From the NCBI GenBank assembly GCA_964252035.1, contig CAXUOO010000037.1: a DNA stretch of 64,000 nucleotides. The stretch is one strand, 5' to 3'. The DNA is from Podarcis erhardii. Taxonomy: Eukaryota. Made by a program: the position numbers and the translations under genes. Under the pieces are notes generated by a model, which had not been told where the DNA came from, did not search any database, and worked only from the letters and a program-made list of their open reading frames with translations. Numbering within the stretch: position 1 is the first letter of the stretch; the number at the start of each line of letters is the position of its first letter. Below are positions 26,171 to 39,200 of the stretch, piece by piece.

Positions 26171-27602
26171 AGAGAGCGCAATTATTGACGCTCTTATTTA
26201 TACAGAGGGAATTGTATTCATATGGAAGCTCACCTGCGGCCACAGCCAGGAACTCAGTTGGATAAAAACTATAAAAAATTACACTGGGGTGAAAGTATTG
26301 ATTTGGAGGCAACTGGCGCAACCCTTGTTGCCACCAGCTCCTGCTGCAACTTGATTGAGTTATATATATGATATGTAGATACATATTAATAGATAATTTA
26401 GTTCTTGCTCGTAAGATTTGGCAACGGTGCAGCATTCGAGCTCAAACCTGTATGTATGTAAGTCCGCTTTCGAATCAAAACACAAGTAAGGTTTGGTTTT
26501 TATAAATCCTGTAGACCGATGCATAAGTGCAGGGTGTGTTTGCACAGTGGGGACGACTTTTCTGCTCCGGAATTATCGTGCACACACTTTGACTGGTGCG
26601 TAAAGGACAGCAAAGGTTCTAAACGTGCTGTCGCTGAAAAGAGCAAGAGACAGCAAAAGAGCTCAAACAGCTGCTGCTCCATCTTTGCAGTTACTTCACG
26701 GCATTCAAGTCTTCGTGCTTGATCCTTCATCATGTAGGCCTTTATAGTGCTTACTTTGCAGGAATAAAAATACGTCATCTACCTCCGGCGGCATTTTGAA
26801 CATTGACTCGATGGCTGAAACAGTCTCGGACGCTTCTATAGGGTGCTTTTATAGCGTTGTAGCCAAAATCTCTACATGACAACAATGATCGTTGGCACAC
26901 GAAAGAGTCCGGCGTTACGCATGTGTTCAACTGCAGGACTATCGTAGCTGAAGCATGTTTCCCCACATGGTGGTGTACAATTCGATAGTTCTCTACTTTC
27001 AGGATTGATTGATGGATGTGTGCAAACCGTCGGACGGGCATACAAGTACTGTTTACATACATGCACCGTTAGGTGCTTCATAAACAGTGTGAAATATTTG
27101 TTGCGCATAGCGTTACGCATGTGGTTTTCGACTCTGATTTACAGTCATCATAGTCACTTCAGAATGCGGACGAAATTATCTGGCACGTCGTGTGAGCAAG
27201 AGAGTTTGAAAATACTGCACCTCGGAGCTTCAAGCTTGTCTCACTGTTTCATGCCATTATCGGCTCTAAGTGTGAGTCTTCACCTTCCTGTATGATTTCG
27301 TGGATGGAGCTGTTCTCGTAGTTAGAAGTCCTCTGTGCAACACCTCTGAACATGAGAACAACATTGACTTCAACATGCAAGAAGCGAGAATTTGTTTGCT
27401 ATCATTTCACGAATTTGAAGGAAATACGAGTCGGAGAGTTGACAATGACTCCTGATGTCTCAATTGGTGGTGATTGGGCAAATATGTTTTTCAAAAGAGT
27501 AGGTTGAAGCACTTAATCACAGGAGTCAAACAGACACTGGATATTGTATACGCTCGCGAGGTAGGTGCAGGTCATCCGTTGTGGTTGCCGTACAATTCTC
27601 GC

Positions 27603-27640
<38 letters not shown>

Positions 27641-28935
27641 GCATATTCTTGTGAGAGGGGAAAAAGGATAGATACTTGGAGAGAGGGCTGTAAACCAAGA
27701 GAGAGAAAACAAAAAGACGGAAGAAAAAAGAAGGGTGGAGACGAACGGTCAGCGATGTAAAAATTGAATATATATGCAACGTATTGAGATCGTCACTGCT
27801 TCAAGGTTTGGCCCGCCATGAATGATCGTTTATAAAACGTGAGATGCTATTCATTACATCTGGAAAAAAAGATCGGACATGAGAATTTGCTAACCAAGTT
27901 TCAACGCGGATTCGGGCGATGCTGCGCGTTATCGTACCAGACTCGTGTCAGCTGCTCCCTATCGGAATTGGGGCATTGCAAGTGTACAGCATAAACGTTT
28001 TAAGAATAAGCGAACACTCACCGAAGAAGCTTCTCAACCAATTACATCTACAGATCGCTACATTTACTGGTTTTTTTCACTACCCCCGGTTATTTCACAT
28101 GTACAGCAACCGCGCTCTTGAAGTAACAACTACTTGCTGCTGGGTAATTTTCCCTCCTTATGGGTCGACTCTCCCCTATCTCTGTGCTGCCTCCTCAAAG
28201 CTCTGATCTTTTCCATAAATTAGTGCAACTGCTGAGACCTTCACCGTTTACATGTTGAACTCAATTTCTTTTGTCTGTTTGTATTCAAACCTGCTGCTCT
28301 TTTTCCTGTTATCAGCTGAAGCAGATTTTGAACCCGTCTTGCTGCTGTTTCTTTGTAAACTCTTGACTAACGTATCTTCATGTAGTCTGATGGAGAAGTG
28401 ACGATTTTTGTGTTCATTTTGACAGTTTCTAGAACTGAATCGAGATAAATTCATGATTCCAGAGATATAGACACTCTAACAAATTGCATAAACTCCTCTC
28501 TATATTCTTTATGTGGAAATGTCGTTCGGTCTTCTTAAAACCTGTTTACCAACTTTTACTGAAAGAAAAACCTTCTTCAAACAATCCTGCTGGTCTTTTT
28601 GCTGCGAAAAAGCGTTTCCGGTTTTTGCTCCATGCATAACACTTGCTTAGTCTCTTTGTCAAAAAAATTTTATACCTTTTGAAAAATGACGACACAGTTA
28701 ACCTCTATTGAGCGGAATACCCTTTTTTTTTATGCTCGCGCGCCGAAGTCGGAAGCCAGTTAATTATCACACGCAAGCTTATTTCCGCGCATTTTTCGAA
28801 TTTCCAAATGCCTCTGCTACCCCTGTTGCCTTTGCTTTCGTAGTTGTCATGGCTGCCAATACGTTATTGCACCTACGAGGTCCGCTGTCGCAATTCTAGC
28901 TCTACACTGCTGCACCGAGTCTCGCAGCAGCTGGC

Positions 28936-31900
28936 TTATGTGATGCTATCCCTGCTGCACCTTCTATTGTTGGTGTTTATACTCATATTGCTGTTGCTGC
29001 TACTGATACAGCAGCTGCTACTAGTGCCGTCCAGAGCATTAACGCTCTTGACACGAGTGCTGTTACTGTCGCTGTTGATACTGCCTCTCCTGTTGCTGCC
29101 ATTGCCAACGTTTTTGTTATCACTAGAGTTGCTGCTGTTGTTGCTGAAGTGGTCGCAACACGGCTGAGATAGTAGCTTTTCAATGGCTTGAGTAAGTGCT
29201 TGCTGTGCGTGGGCGGCTGCTGTAGTGTCCTTGAAGGCAACAGGAAATTTTATCGCTAGCCACTGATATAGATCAAGTACCTGATAATTTTCTTCTAATA
29301 GTTGCAGACGCTCAGAATACTGTTGAAAAGCAAGAGTTTCACTATTGAGGTATAAAGAGTCTCCACTGCTACCAGTATCACTGCTGCAATCAGTATCACT
29401 CGTGCTTCCAGCATCGCTGCAGAGAAGAGTGACGTTGCTTCTTTCCTCACAACCAAAAAAACTACTGCTTTTTTCACCAATCCGACCTGAAAAGTTATCA
29501 CCCAGTCTACGCGCTTTGTTCTGGGAAACATGAAGTGCACTAGCAACGGGTTCATCATAGAAGCTATCACGCTCATTACTTCTGCAGAGCGGTGCACCGC
29601 TGCAGCTACGATTTTTTTTCTCCCCGTTGTTTACAATACTAAAAGTATTTGGTGGTCGAAACCCCTCACTATTGGATAAGCACATGCCAAGATTGTCTGT
29701 AGAAGTCTTAATAGCTTCGAAGTTGCTAGTACTCTTATTGCGAATTTTTATGCTGCAACAGGAACCTTCGTTCCCTGTTGTGCCCTGTGGGTAATCCTCT
29801 GTGCAGCTCAAGGTGTCGTATTTGTAATCACCCGGGCTAGCGTTGAAATTAATTTTGTGGTGGCTTCTCGCGAGAATCGTACAACTGTTGGAAGAAGGTA
29901 TCACTTCACTGTAAGAAGCTTGGGCGTCGCCATCAGGATATGAATACTTTGTGTCTACATTCATTCCTCTTCTGCCGTTGCCGTCTGAATTTAATTTCAT
30001 TAGAGTACAGGAACCCATTTCATCTAAGCTGACCGAAGAGCTGAATACATTTCCAGTAGAAACTCCGCCACAACTAGTACTGCCGCTGGCTGGAGCAGCA
30101 CTGTACAAGCCATTTGCTTCAGCAGATGCGTTGTCCTGTGCAGCTAGCTCTCCTTTCTTGTATTCTAACAAGCGTTCTGCATGCGTCTGGAGACCTGTAC
30201 TTTTTCTTATAGGCCTTTGAGTAGGGTTGGTCATTGCTTTGCTACCGCAGTGAGTTAGCAGATCTGCACTTGTCTCGTTTAGGGTGTCGACTGTACAAAC
30301 ATCATGTTCCTCAGAAAGTGTAGACATATTGTTTTCAACATCTGAAGTATTCGCTCCAAAAGTTTGCTGACTAGAGGAGAAGTAGTGCTGATTCTCTTTC
30401 TGCTGCTGTCGCCACTGTTGAAATTGAGGTTGCTGCTGTCGCTGCTGCTTTGGAAGATGCTGCAGGTGTTGCTTGTTGTGATATGGCAATATCTGCGTGT
30501 GATGCTGCTGCCGTTCTAATTGTTGCTCTCGTTGATGCCACTGATATTGCAGTTGAGGTTGTTTTGTTTTTTGGTAATGTTGCTTTAGCTGTGGTGGATT
30601 GTCTTGCTGTTGCTTTAACTGCAGCAGTGGTGTGACAGCTTGAGATAGGAAAACAGATGGAATGGGCACAACGCCGCAAGTGGACAAAAGAATCGCGAAA
30701 AGTCGCAAAGCATTTAACAGCAGCGGGCTGAGACCAGCAGCAGCAGCAGCTGCAGAAGCGTTTCCAGATTCAGCGTTTGATTCCAAGCCAAGGCTTTTAT
30801 CCCACTGCCAATGCTCCACTGCTTCACTTCTCTCTTGTTCCCTCTGCTGACTTACCTCCGGACGGTGACCCGCTTCATCGGTCTCCTCGTCGTACACAGT
30901 TTTCATTTCACGGATTGGACTCGTTTCTGTGTCAAAACTACTTACGTTATGTACGAATGAATCATTCTGAATTTTTTCTGCGTACTCCTGATCGAAGAAT
31001 GCTGCTCTGTTTATGTCTCTGACAAAAAATACCTCTGATAGATCTGCTCGCACTGAACAGCCGTTCGGGAATCTGTCGTCTTTTTGTGTATTTCCTACTG
31101 TCTCCGTCTCTTCTCCGACAAAAGAAGAACTTCTTGTTTTGTTTGAAGGGTGAGACTCTGACACAACAGCGCCTGGACTGAAAGCGCCAGGAACACGCTG
31201 CATGTGATCACGGTGTTGGTGCTCGTGGCGTAGACGCTGTTGCAGCTGTAGATATTGTGGCTGCTGCTGGCAAATTTTTTTCGACAGAACCTGTTCTTGC
31301 AGCAAGTTTTGCCGTGTTGAGCACAGTTGCGTCTCTAGGGCGTGTTGTTGGTGCTGCTGCTGAAGTTGTCTCTGCCCGTGTTTAAATGGAGGCTGTAACA
31401 GCGAGCGTTCGAGCTGTTGCGACAATTTCTGCTGCTGTTTCTTTAGGACTGACAGGTGTTGTTGCAACGGCTGCTGTTTCAAAGGCTGTTGCTGCTGCAT
31501 CTGCTGCAGCGACTGCTCTTCGCCTTTTGTTTGTTTTAGATATGGAGTCGGCGAAGAAAGAGGTAGTGGAGCCCTGCAAAATGTTAACAGCTGTTTACGT
31601 GATAAGGGTATATCTGCGAGAGCATGCAAGACAGTAAGGGTGACATTCAGCTTATGAGAAGGTATAAAGAAAAGAGAGTCCACTGAAAGCATATTTACAA
31701 AATTCTTCAGAGCGTCGGCGTAGATCGAGAAAGAGGGCTTTTGCGGTTGCCGTTCCTCGTGAAATCCTTTCGCAGAAAACGTGCCTTTGGTGTTGTTGTC
31801 TTTGTGAGGCGTGCTACTGCTGCTGTTGTGCCTGAGCAACATTCCCTCTAGAGAGGGGGGCGAAGATGCTGCTACCTCTTTTTCCATCATTGCAGAAGCC

Positions 31901-32083
31901 TCAGTTTCCGGTGTACGTACACCAGCTTGTTGTTCCGAATAGCAAAATAAAGAACTTCCCATGCTTCTTCGCGCAAGCATCTGCAGCGAAATCTTCTCTT
32001 TCGATAATTCTTCGCAAAATGCCATAAACTGCGGCACTGTTGGCAGCAGTGCTGCGTGCGTGAGAGGGTCTGATGAGGGTCGC
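28936..32083 (-). CDS. SUV3: SUV3 terminal exon (poly-Gln insertions; Suv3 C-terminal domain)
   Basis: ttttag|GC acceptor; [14 protein letters not shown]; 1033-aa ORF with [25 protein letters not shown]...IEKLL. Needs one frameshift near 32078. Confidence 0.85.
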
Positions 32084-35000
32084 CTAAAAGAGAAGAATAA
32101 AAGAAACTGCAGGGACAGAGATATTACATATTTCTTAAAGAGAAATCTGCGTGTGGTTTGTCTGCGTCAGTAGAGATCCCTTTTGAACTAGGCACAACAT
32201 ACACAGATAAGGCGCTCGAAATGGTAAAATCAAATGAACACAAATGTAGAAAGTACACATTTGTGTGTGTATACATGTACAAATATTCCTTCAAGTGCAT
32301 TTGCTTACACGTGTATAGTGATACTCCTGTGAGCTAGATTTATGAGTAACTACGTGAATTAAAAGTATGCATGTGTAAACAAAAGAAAATGGCTCAGGAT
32401 ACCATCCGATATCGCGACGTAAGCGAATCATTAATTGTGCGAAACGCTTAACAATGTTAGTACACAAATTTTTTCTTGAAAGCATGGAGTGCTCTACTAC
32501 AGGCAATACACGCACATATACATGTATATATAGGAGTATGTAATTGATGTTGAAAACGAATACAGCGATTCTGGCGTACTCCATTCCAGTGGACGTGTTC
32601 ACCAGTTGGAATCTTTCAGGATACACTGACATAACAAAATTGTATACGCAAGCTTATATATATATATATATATGTATATGTATATAGATGTACTTTTGCT
32701 ATTAAAGAAACATAGCTGAACAGCTTGTGCAGATATGTACCCACACACTCCTATAAATGTACATATCTGGCACATATACACATATACAAGTATTTTATAT
32801 ATACATTGTGCTCAGCTTGTTGCTTGAGCGCGAAGCAGTACTTTGCTACTCAGATGCATATGTGTCTTTCACTCGTACAAACAAAGGTAAACAGGTATCT
32901 AGCATATATGGAAGACTTAAGACTCAGGCGCCCTGCGTAGCGCATAGAAGCTTTTGATGACAGAGCCAACACGAAAAAGTATTCCAGCCGGCAGCAAACC
33001 TCTCTGTACACAGATTGGGTGAGTGGTTGCGTTAAATTTGGTCAATTTTGTACGTAGAACGGAGTCGTGAAGCACAGTACCCTATGCCCGATTGATAATA
33101 CATAGCGACATCGAGATACAGCTAGTGATAGTGAGGTGCAATTTCACAATAGATTGGGAACATGACTTCAATTGCAAAGAATCACATTTATACGGAAATA
33201 CGTAGTACCCAAGTTTGAACAAGTCGAAAAAATATGGATCACGTCTGCAAACACATGCAATAAACGTCGAAACTGATTAAAAGCAGCGTAAAGAGGACCT
33301 TCAATAGCGTCTTTGAGCCTTTGAAAATCTTCACCGTGAAAACAAGTGACAAGTCCTCCTTCCTGCCCAAATACGCCTCCGCGTCTGCCGGCTCTGCCAC
33401 CCAGTTGCCGCAACTCCGCTGCTGTGAGTGGTTTATACGCATTTTCGCTGTCACCGGTAAATTTGTGCATTTTATAAAAAACAATTCGCTTTATATGAAG
33501 ATTCATTCCCAACCCTATTGCATCAGTCGCCACCAAAACTGGAGCGGCTGCATTTTTTCCGCTTTGAGTCCTACTGCCAACTACTGCAGGTATCCACTGA
33601 TGAGGAGTGCTCAGAGCTGTTTGAAAAGAAGCAGCGCAGTCAGCAACTTTGCTTGCTGAAAGTGCTGGGCGTGCTTCTAGTGCATGTGCCTTCGCTGATG
33701 AAGCAGTTGTTGGCATCGACGAGGGTGAAGCAGCTGCTGGAGCTGCTATCACAGGAAAAGCATCTGTGTGAGCTGCTGCTGTTGCTGTGATTGCGGCTGC
33801 TATTGACGCTGTAGCTACTGAACCTGCAGCAGCAACTGGCGCTTTGGCTTTGGTTGCTGAATTGAAACGACTGGCTTCAACTGCAGCAGTAGACGGTTCA
33901 GCTAAAGCAGCTCCACATCCTGCAGCAGCAAAAGCATGAGCAGCAGTAGTATTCGCAACAGCAGCAGAAACAGCAGGTGCAGCAGCATTCGTCCACGCAG
34001 CAGCAGTGATAGTAGCAGATTCTGCAGGTGGCGCAGCTTTTTGAGCAGCAGAAATAGCAGAGCATGAGGCAAAAGATGGAACAAAGCCGAAAGTTGGAGA
34101 ACCTTCACTGGCCCCGATCCTGACAGAACTAGCTGCAATCGCAGAAGGAGAGTTCTCATGTGAAGCTCCTTGATCCGATGCTTCTACCGCGCTGTCGCTG
34201 TTCAACTCGTTCGACGACGAGTAAGCAGCCGTGACTGCTGCATTGAAGAGCTGAGCTTGCTGCTGCTTGGTTGAAGGAGGCAGTTGCCCGTATATGACGT
34301 AGACGGAATACCCTAAAGTTTGCAACTCTCTCTTCAACTTCAGTACGTCTGCACGAGTGAAACATACTAGACAATCTCCTGCTTTCAGCTCATCCAGACT
34401 CTTGATCGGCCCAGTGTCCATCTGAGTCGACAAAGTCAAGCCATGTTCATACTGCATAAAGCACTTTTTTTGCAAAATGACAAGAAGCACAGTTTGTACC
34501 GGTAAGTATCGAGCGCATATCTAAGAGTACAGAATCCACAACAGAAAACTATCTATACTTCGATGAATACACACTTGAGAAAATACACTCAAAAAACATC
34601 TGTCTGTATTATATTCTATTTACAAGGTTTGGAGTCGAGCGAGACTCCTAACAGCCAAATCTCAAGAGAGTCATTGAAATGAGATGAGTGTGCATGTGTC
34701 CTGACTTTATAAAAGGCGTGTCTTTTAAGGGTAAAACATGTGCAAAAATCCCTGCGCCTGTGCGCAGATGATTATTTGTGTGAGAGTTTGATGTTCATGC
34801 ACCAGAGTCATGCTTTTTCAAATTTAGCAATACACGAGGATCTACTCCAGTAAGTCAGATGAACGACAGTGTGAAGCACTACATGCAGGTAGCGACCGTT
34901 CTGAAGAACTAAGAGACAAAGTCAAATTTACAGTTGCGGAGATTAAAACATAAACTTTCCGAAAACCAGGAAAAACACAAACGGACTAGCTGCTTCTTCT

Positions 35001-35608
35001 GTAACAGCAGATATAGTACATACACACCTCTAGTAGGCATGGAATCACTGCGCAACGAAAGTAGAAGTAGCAACTCGAACTGTGTCTGGCGACAGCATAC
35101 TTGCTTTCAGCTCGTTCAGTGAAACCTGCAAAATGCTCTAGTGAGAAATCGTTTTCCCAATATATGTATATGAAAAATGACATTCGTCCTATTCAAGCAT
35201 GTAGGTGTAGATCTGTAGTCAAACCCAGATCGAACCATATGTATAAGTCAGCCGTTCAGCTATATAAAGGCATATAAACTTGCAAAGTATACATATGTCA
35301 GAATGACTTACTTTCAGGGGCGCTAAACGCTCGTAGCGCTGAACAGAGAGCGTTTCCCCACAACTACTGATGAGCGAGTGCAGTAGGGGCAACGCTCGCT
35401 CTTCACTGCAAATGTGCAACTTTTCCGCCTGTAAGAATCATATACCACATAAGTAAAAAAAAAATATATACATATACATATAAATATATGTATGTGTGCG
35501 TGTACAGACTATGCGTACAAAATTATCGGTTTTCGAGATTCAGACAACTGTATGTGTGAGCGGTTTTAAGTGTTCTGCATCTTTCCATTATATACACAAC
35601 TTTTAAAA

Positions 35609-35639
<31 letters not shown>

Positions 35640-36051
35640 ATTTATATACATAGAAATACACGCACGTACATGATGTATAGTTTTGACTTTTCTCCATATT
35701 CATCAACGCATATTCAATCATTGTGTAGATGCGTTCACACATATTTTGATTTAGTTTTTTTATGATTACACGCGGATTTGTATGCTAGCGAAAAAAGACT
35801 CAAACAGTACACATCGATAGCCAGTTGAATGACACAGCATAGTTCCTCATAATCCGAATTTACAAGATATTGAACGCGAATTTAGAAAGTCGTACGTTGA
35901 CAGCCTATTCATGTCCATAGAATGAGTTAATTCGGTGCACCGCTCCCAGAATATGAGTTTCTTATTCGCAAAAATACACAAACGTACAAGGGACGAAATA
36001 AAACAACATTGACACCATAAACTGTCAACTTGTTCTAAGACTCAAACTGGA

Positions 36052-36105
<54 letters not shown>

Positions 36106-36167
36106 ACATTGTATGTATGTATACTATTTGAGTATAAATGCGCCGATACAAAAAAAATGTTACACAT

Positions 36168-36227
<60 letters not shown>

Positions 36228-39200
36228 ATGTATGTATACTATCTGAGTATAGATGCGCCGATACAAAAAAAAATCTTACATACCATATATATATATATAT
36301 ATATATATACATAACTTTGATTAACGCGTGGCTTTTCGAATTTGTGTGATTCTAGCAGGATATTAAAGGTTATGGAGAAATGACTCTGAAATTATATGAA
36401 AACTTTTAATCGGAAAGTATAAGCAGCTGAGTTGGACATTTTCCTACACCGTAACACAAAATTAAATGGTATATATAAATATATATATATATATATAGCT
36501 TACTGGTACGCCCAGGACAGCTGAGGTCCACGAGTCGCCTCGCTGTGGATGTGCAATTAGCTGCGCTTCATCTATGACTCCGCATGCAAATCGTTTATTT
36601 AATGGTGCTGCTTCAACAGTGCAGCACAAATGTGTCCACCCCTACAAAGTGAAAAACACACTTATACAGCGTCCAAGTATATTCATGTACATGCATATGT
36701 GTCAGTGCGCTCATTCATCTGCGATGCAGCAGCAGTGGAGCATCAATGCGCCAACATAGTGAGTTTGTAATCAAAAAATCAGGGCGTATACACGCAAACG
36801 TTCATAAATGCCTATTATATATATATGTGCGTAAATCAATTTTTCATGTCATAGGTCCCCTTGCGTTAAATAAAGTGCATGAGTATCATTTATTCCCTGT
36901 GCTTCTTCAGCAAAAGCAAACACGTCCACCCGTCGAGTTACCACCGTTCATACATAAGCGTGTACGTATATAAATATGTATGTGAAAATGCCATAGGTGG
37001 CGGCACACTACGCGCATGCAGATAGCTTATTCACTGCTGTTGATTCAGCAGTGCAGTAAGAGTCTTTCCAACTGAACGAATTAGCAAACAAAAGTATACA
37101 CCTGCGTACGTAGTATTCATTTGCTTGTATAACTCGATATGTCATCGGCTGGGTTGTATCATCAAAATGCATGCGACTCGCTTATGCGCTGCTCAGAAAA
37201 GGCAGCATGTATGTGTCCAAGGCTAACAGGATGTACACTGAGACGCATAGGCCGCTTGCATGTAGATTGAATCTTGAGTGCTTGTTTGTAAAGAGTACTA
37301 CAGTGTCCTGTTTACAAAAATTTAGAATTGAACATGCCTTTTCACTTTGCTGGTGCGACTCCCACTGCGTAAATCCATGCATTTATATATACATATTCTT
37401 AGAGTTACTACTGGCTGCGCTGAATCGCATCCGTCTCATGCTAAGTGTGTAAACAGTGATGCTGCTAGCACTGCTTTGATACCGGAAAATAATCACGTCA
37501 AATTGAAAAAATAAAAAGAACAAACTAACTGTGCGTCTGCCACACAAAAGGTGAGAGCACACTGACATATGTATGTATGCATATATATATATATATAATG
37601 TACAATTATGTTTTACGTATGTTTATGTATCCAAAGTAGAAAAAGTTCACTTACATGTTCTCTAACTCCAATAATCCGCGCTCAAAGCTTTCACTAACAC
37701 TGGTTTGAGCTTGTGGAACACGTGAGTTCACTTCACCCAGACACTGCACATACGTGCACATGCATACATCGCTATACAATCACATATCGTATGCATCATA
37801 TATGCGACAGCTGCAGCTTCAAAACAAAGCAGAAGCAGAAAAGGCGCGCTAGTTTCGGAAAAATAAAGGCAGCAAGTTGTTCTCTCAATGCAATGCTTCA
37901 TGATTTTCCAGCATCTTGCACTCACAAATGTGAGCTACCGAGCACAACTCATGTGTTATACATACGTATTTATATGTATATATATAATGTACCCGTCAAG
38001 GTAGCTCTGTAAGAGTAGAAATAAAAAAATTCGGATGCATGTGTCAGGGTAGACATCTATATAGAAAAAGAGAAGCACACCTATGTGAACAAAGATGCTT
38101 ATACACATAGAATAGTGATGCCTTCACTGCAATGAAGGCGCACGCACCACTGAAAACACGCACGAGTTTTGAAAAGCCGAAGATGTGATTGGGAGCACGC
38201 TGCAGTGCATCTGCTCTAGAAACTGGTAAAACTTCTGCGTTTGACAGTTGTGCAGTGGAACCGAACACGCGAAAAAAAACCCAAACACAAACTGAGACAA
38301 GTCACACATGTATACAGCTAAAATCTATATCTACTTACCTATCTAATTTTCTATCTATCTATCCATCCATGTATATATATATATATGTAACCATTTATGC
38401 ATACGTATACGGATACCTATTTGATAACGTATATTCGAACGTTTTCCTACGTGTGAAAAGTCTTTGTAAGTATGGAGTTTTATCGACAGCATGCGTCGCT
38501 ACTCTCAGGGGCAGAGGGCTTATCTGCGTTTTCAATCGGAAGATGCTGAATTTTATGAGAGCTCAACTGTAGACATGTATACGGAAACTCTTTGAAATAC
38601 AAAGTATAGCGTTGTGCTTTTCCGACTAATTGTATTTTCCAGGGCGCCTCCTGAATGATACATTATCGTATACGATTCATATATATGCATGTATACTTGT
38701 ATTATCAGATATATACAAGAGTATATATTTACGTTCATAAATGTATATATCTATATGTATATATGGAGCGAGCCACTCGCTCCTTCCTTCTCTTTCTCCG
38801 TCTCGCTTACTGTCTCTCTCCCTTTATCTCAACCTCTCTGCCCGTCAGTATAGCTCACTCTCTACCATACAAATATGTGAACATAGATTATCATTTATGT
38901 GATATTTCGAGCACATATTCGTGCAACTTTTTTGATAAATACTGCGTATAACATCTATATAGAATTGTTCATCAGCCGCGTATAGTACGTCTATATATAC
39001 ATAAACAGAATTTATACACTGTTTTCTAGTCAGATGTGTTTTATTCCATTCAAACATATACGGAGATACGTGAAGATCTTTGCACAGAGGCCAATATATG
39101 CATATACATATATGTATATATGACAGCTCATCTGCCACAAGTGTGTATACATATCTCCTCGTCGATATGACGCTTTACTAGTAGAATGGCTCACCTGGCA

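Noticed and set aside
26500-28454. Several 65-95 aa ORFs in the spacer between the monooxygenase and SUV3
   Set aside because: No recognisable motifs or consistent splice chain; lengths are within chance expectation.
30371-31637. Ala/Leu/Val-rich ORFs antisense or off-frame to SUV3; likewise 33902-34159, 56267-56644 and 62065-63228
   Set aside because: They are shadows of (GCA/CAG)n coding repeats, which lack stop codons in several frames; the motif-bearing frame is identified.
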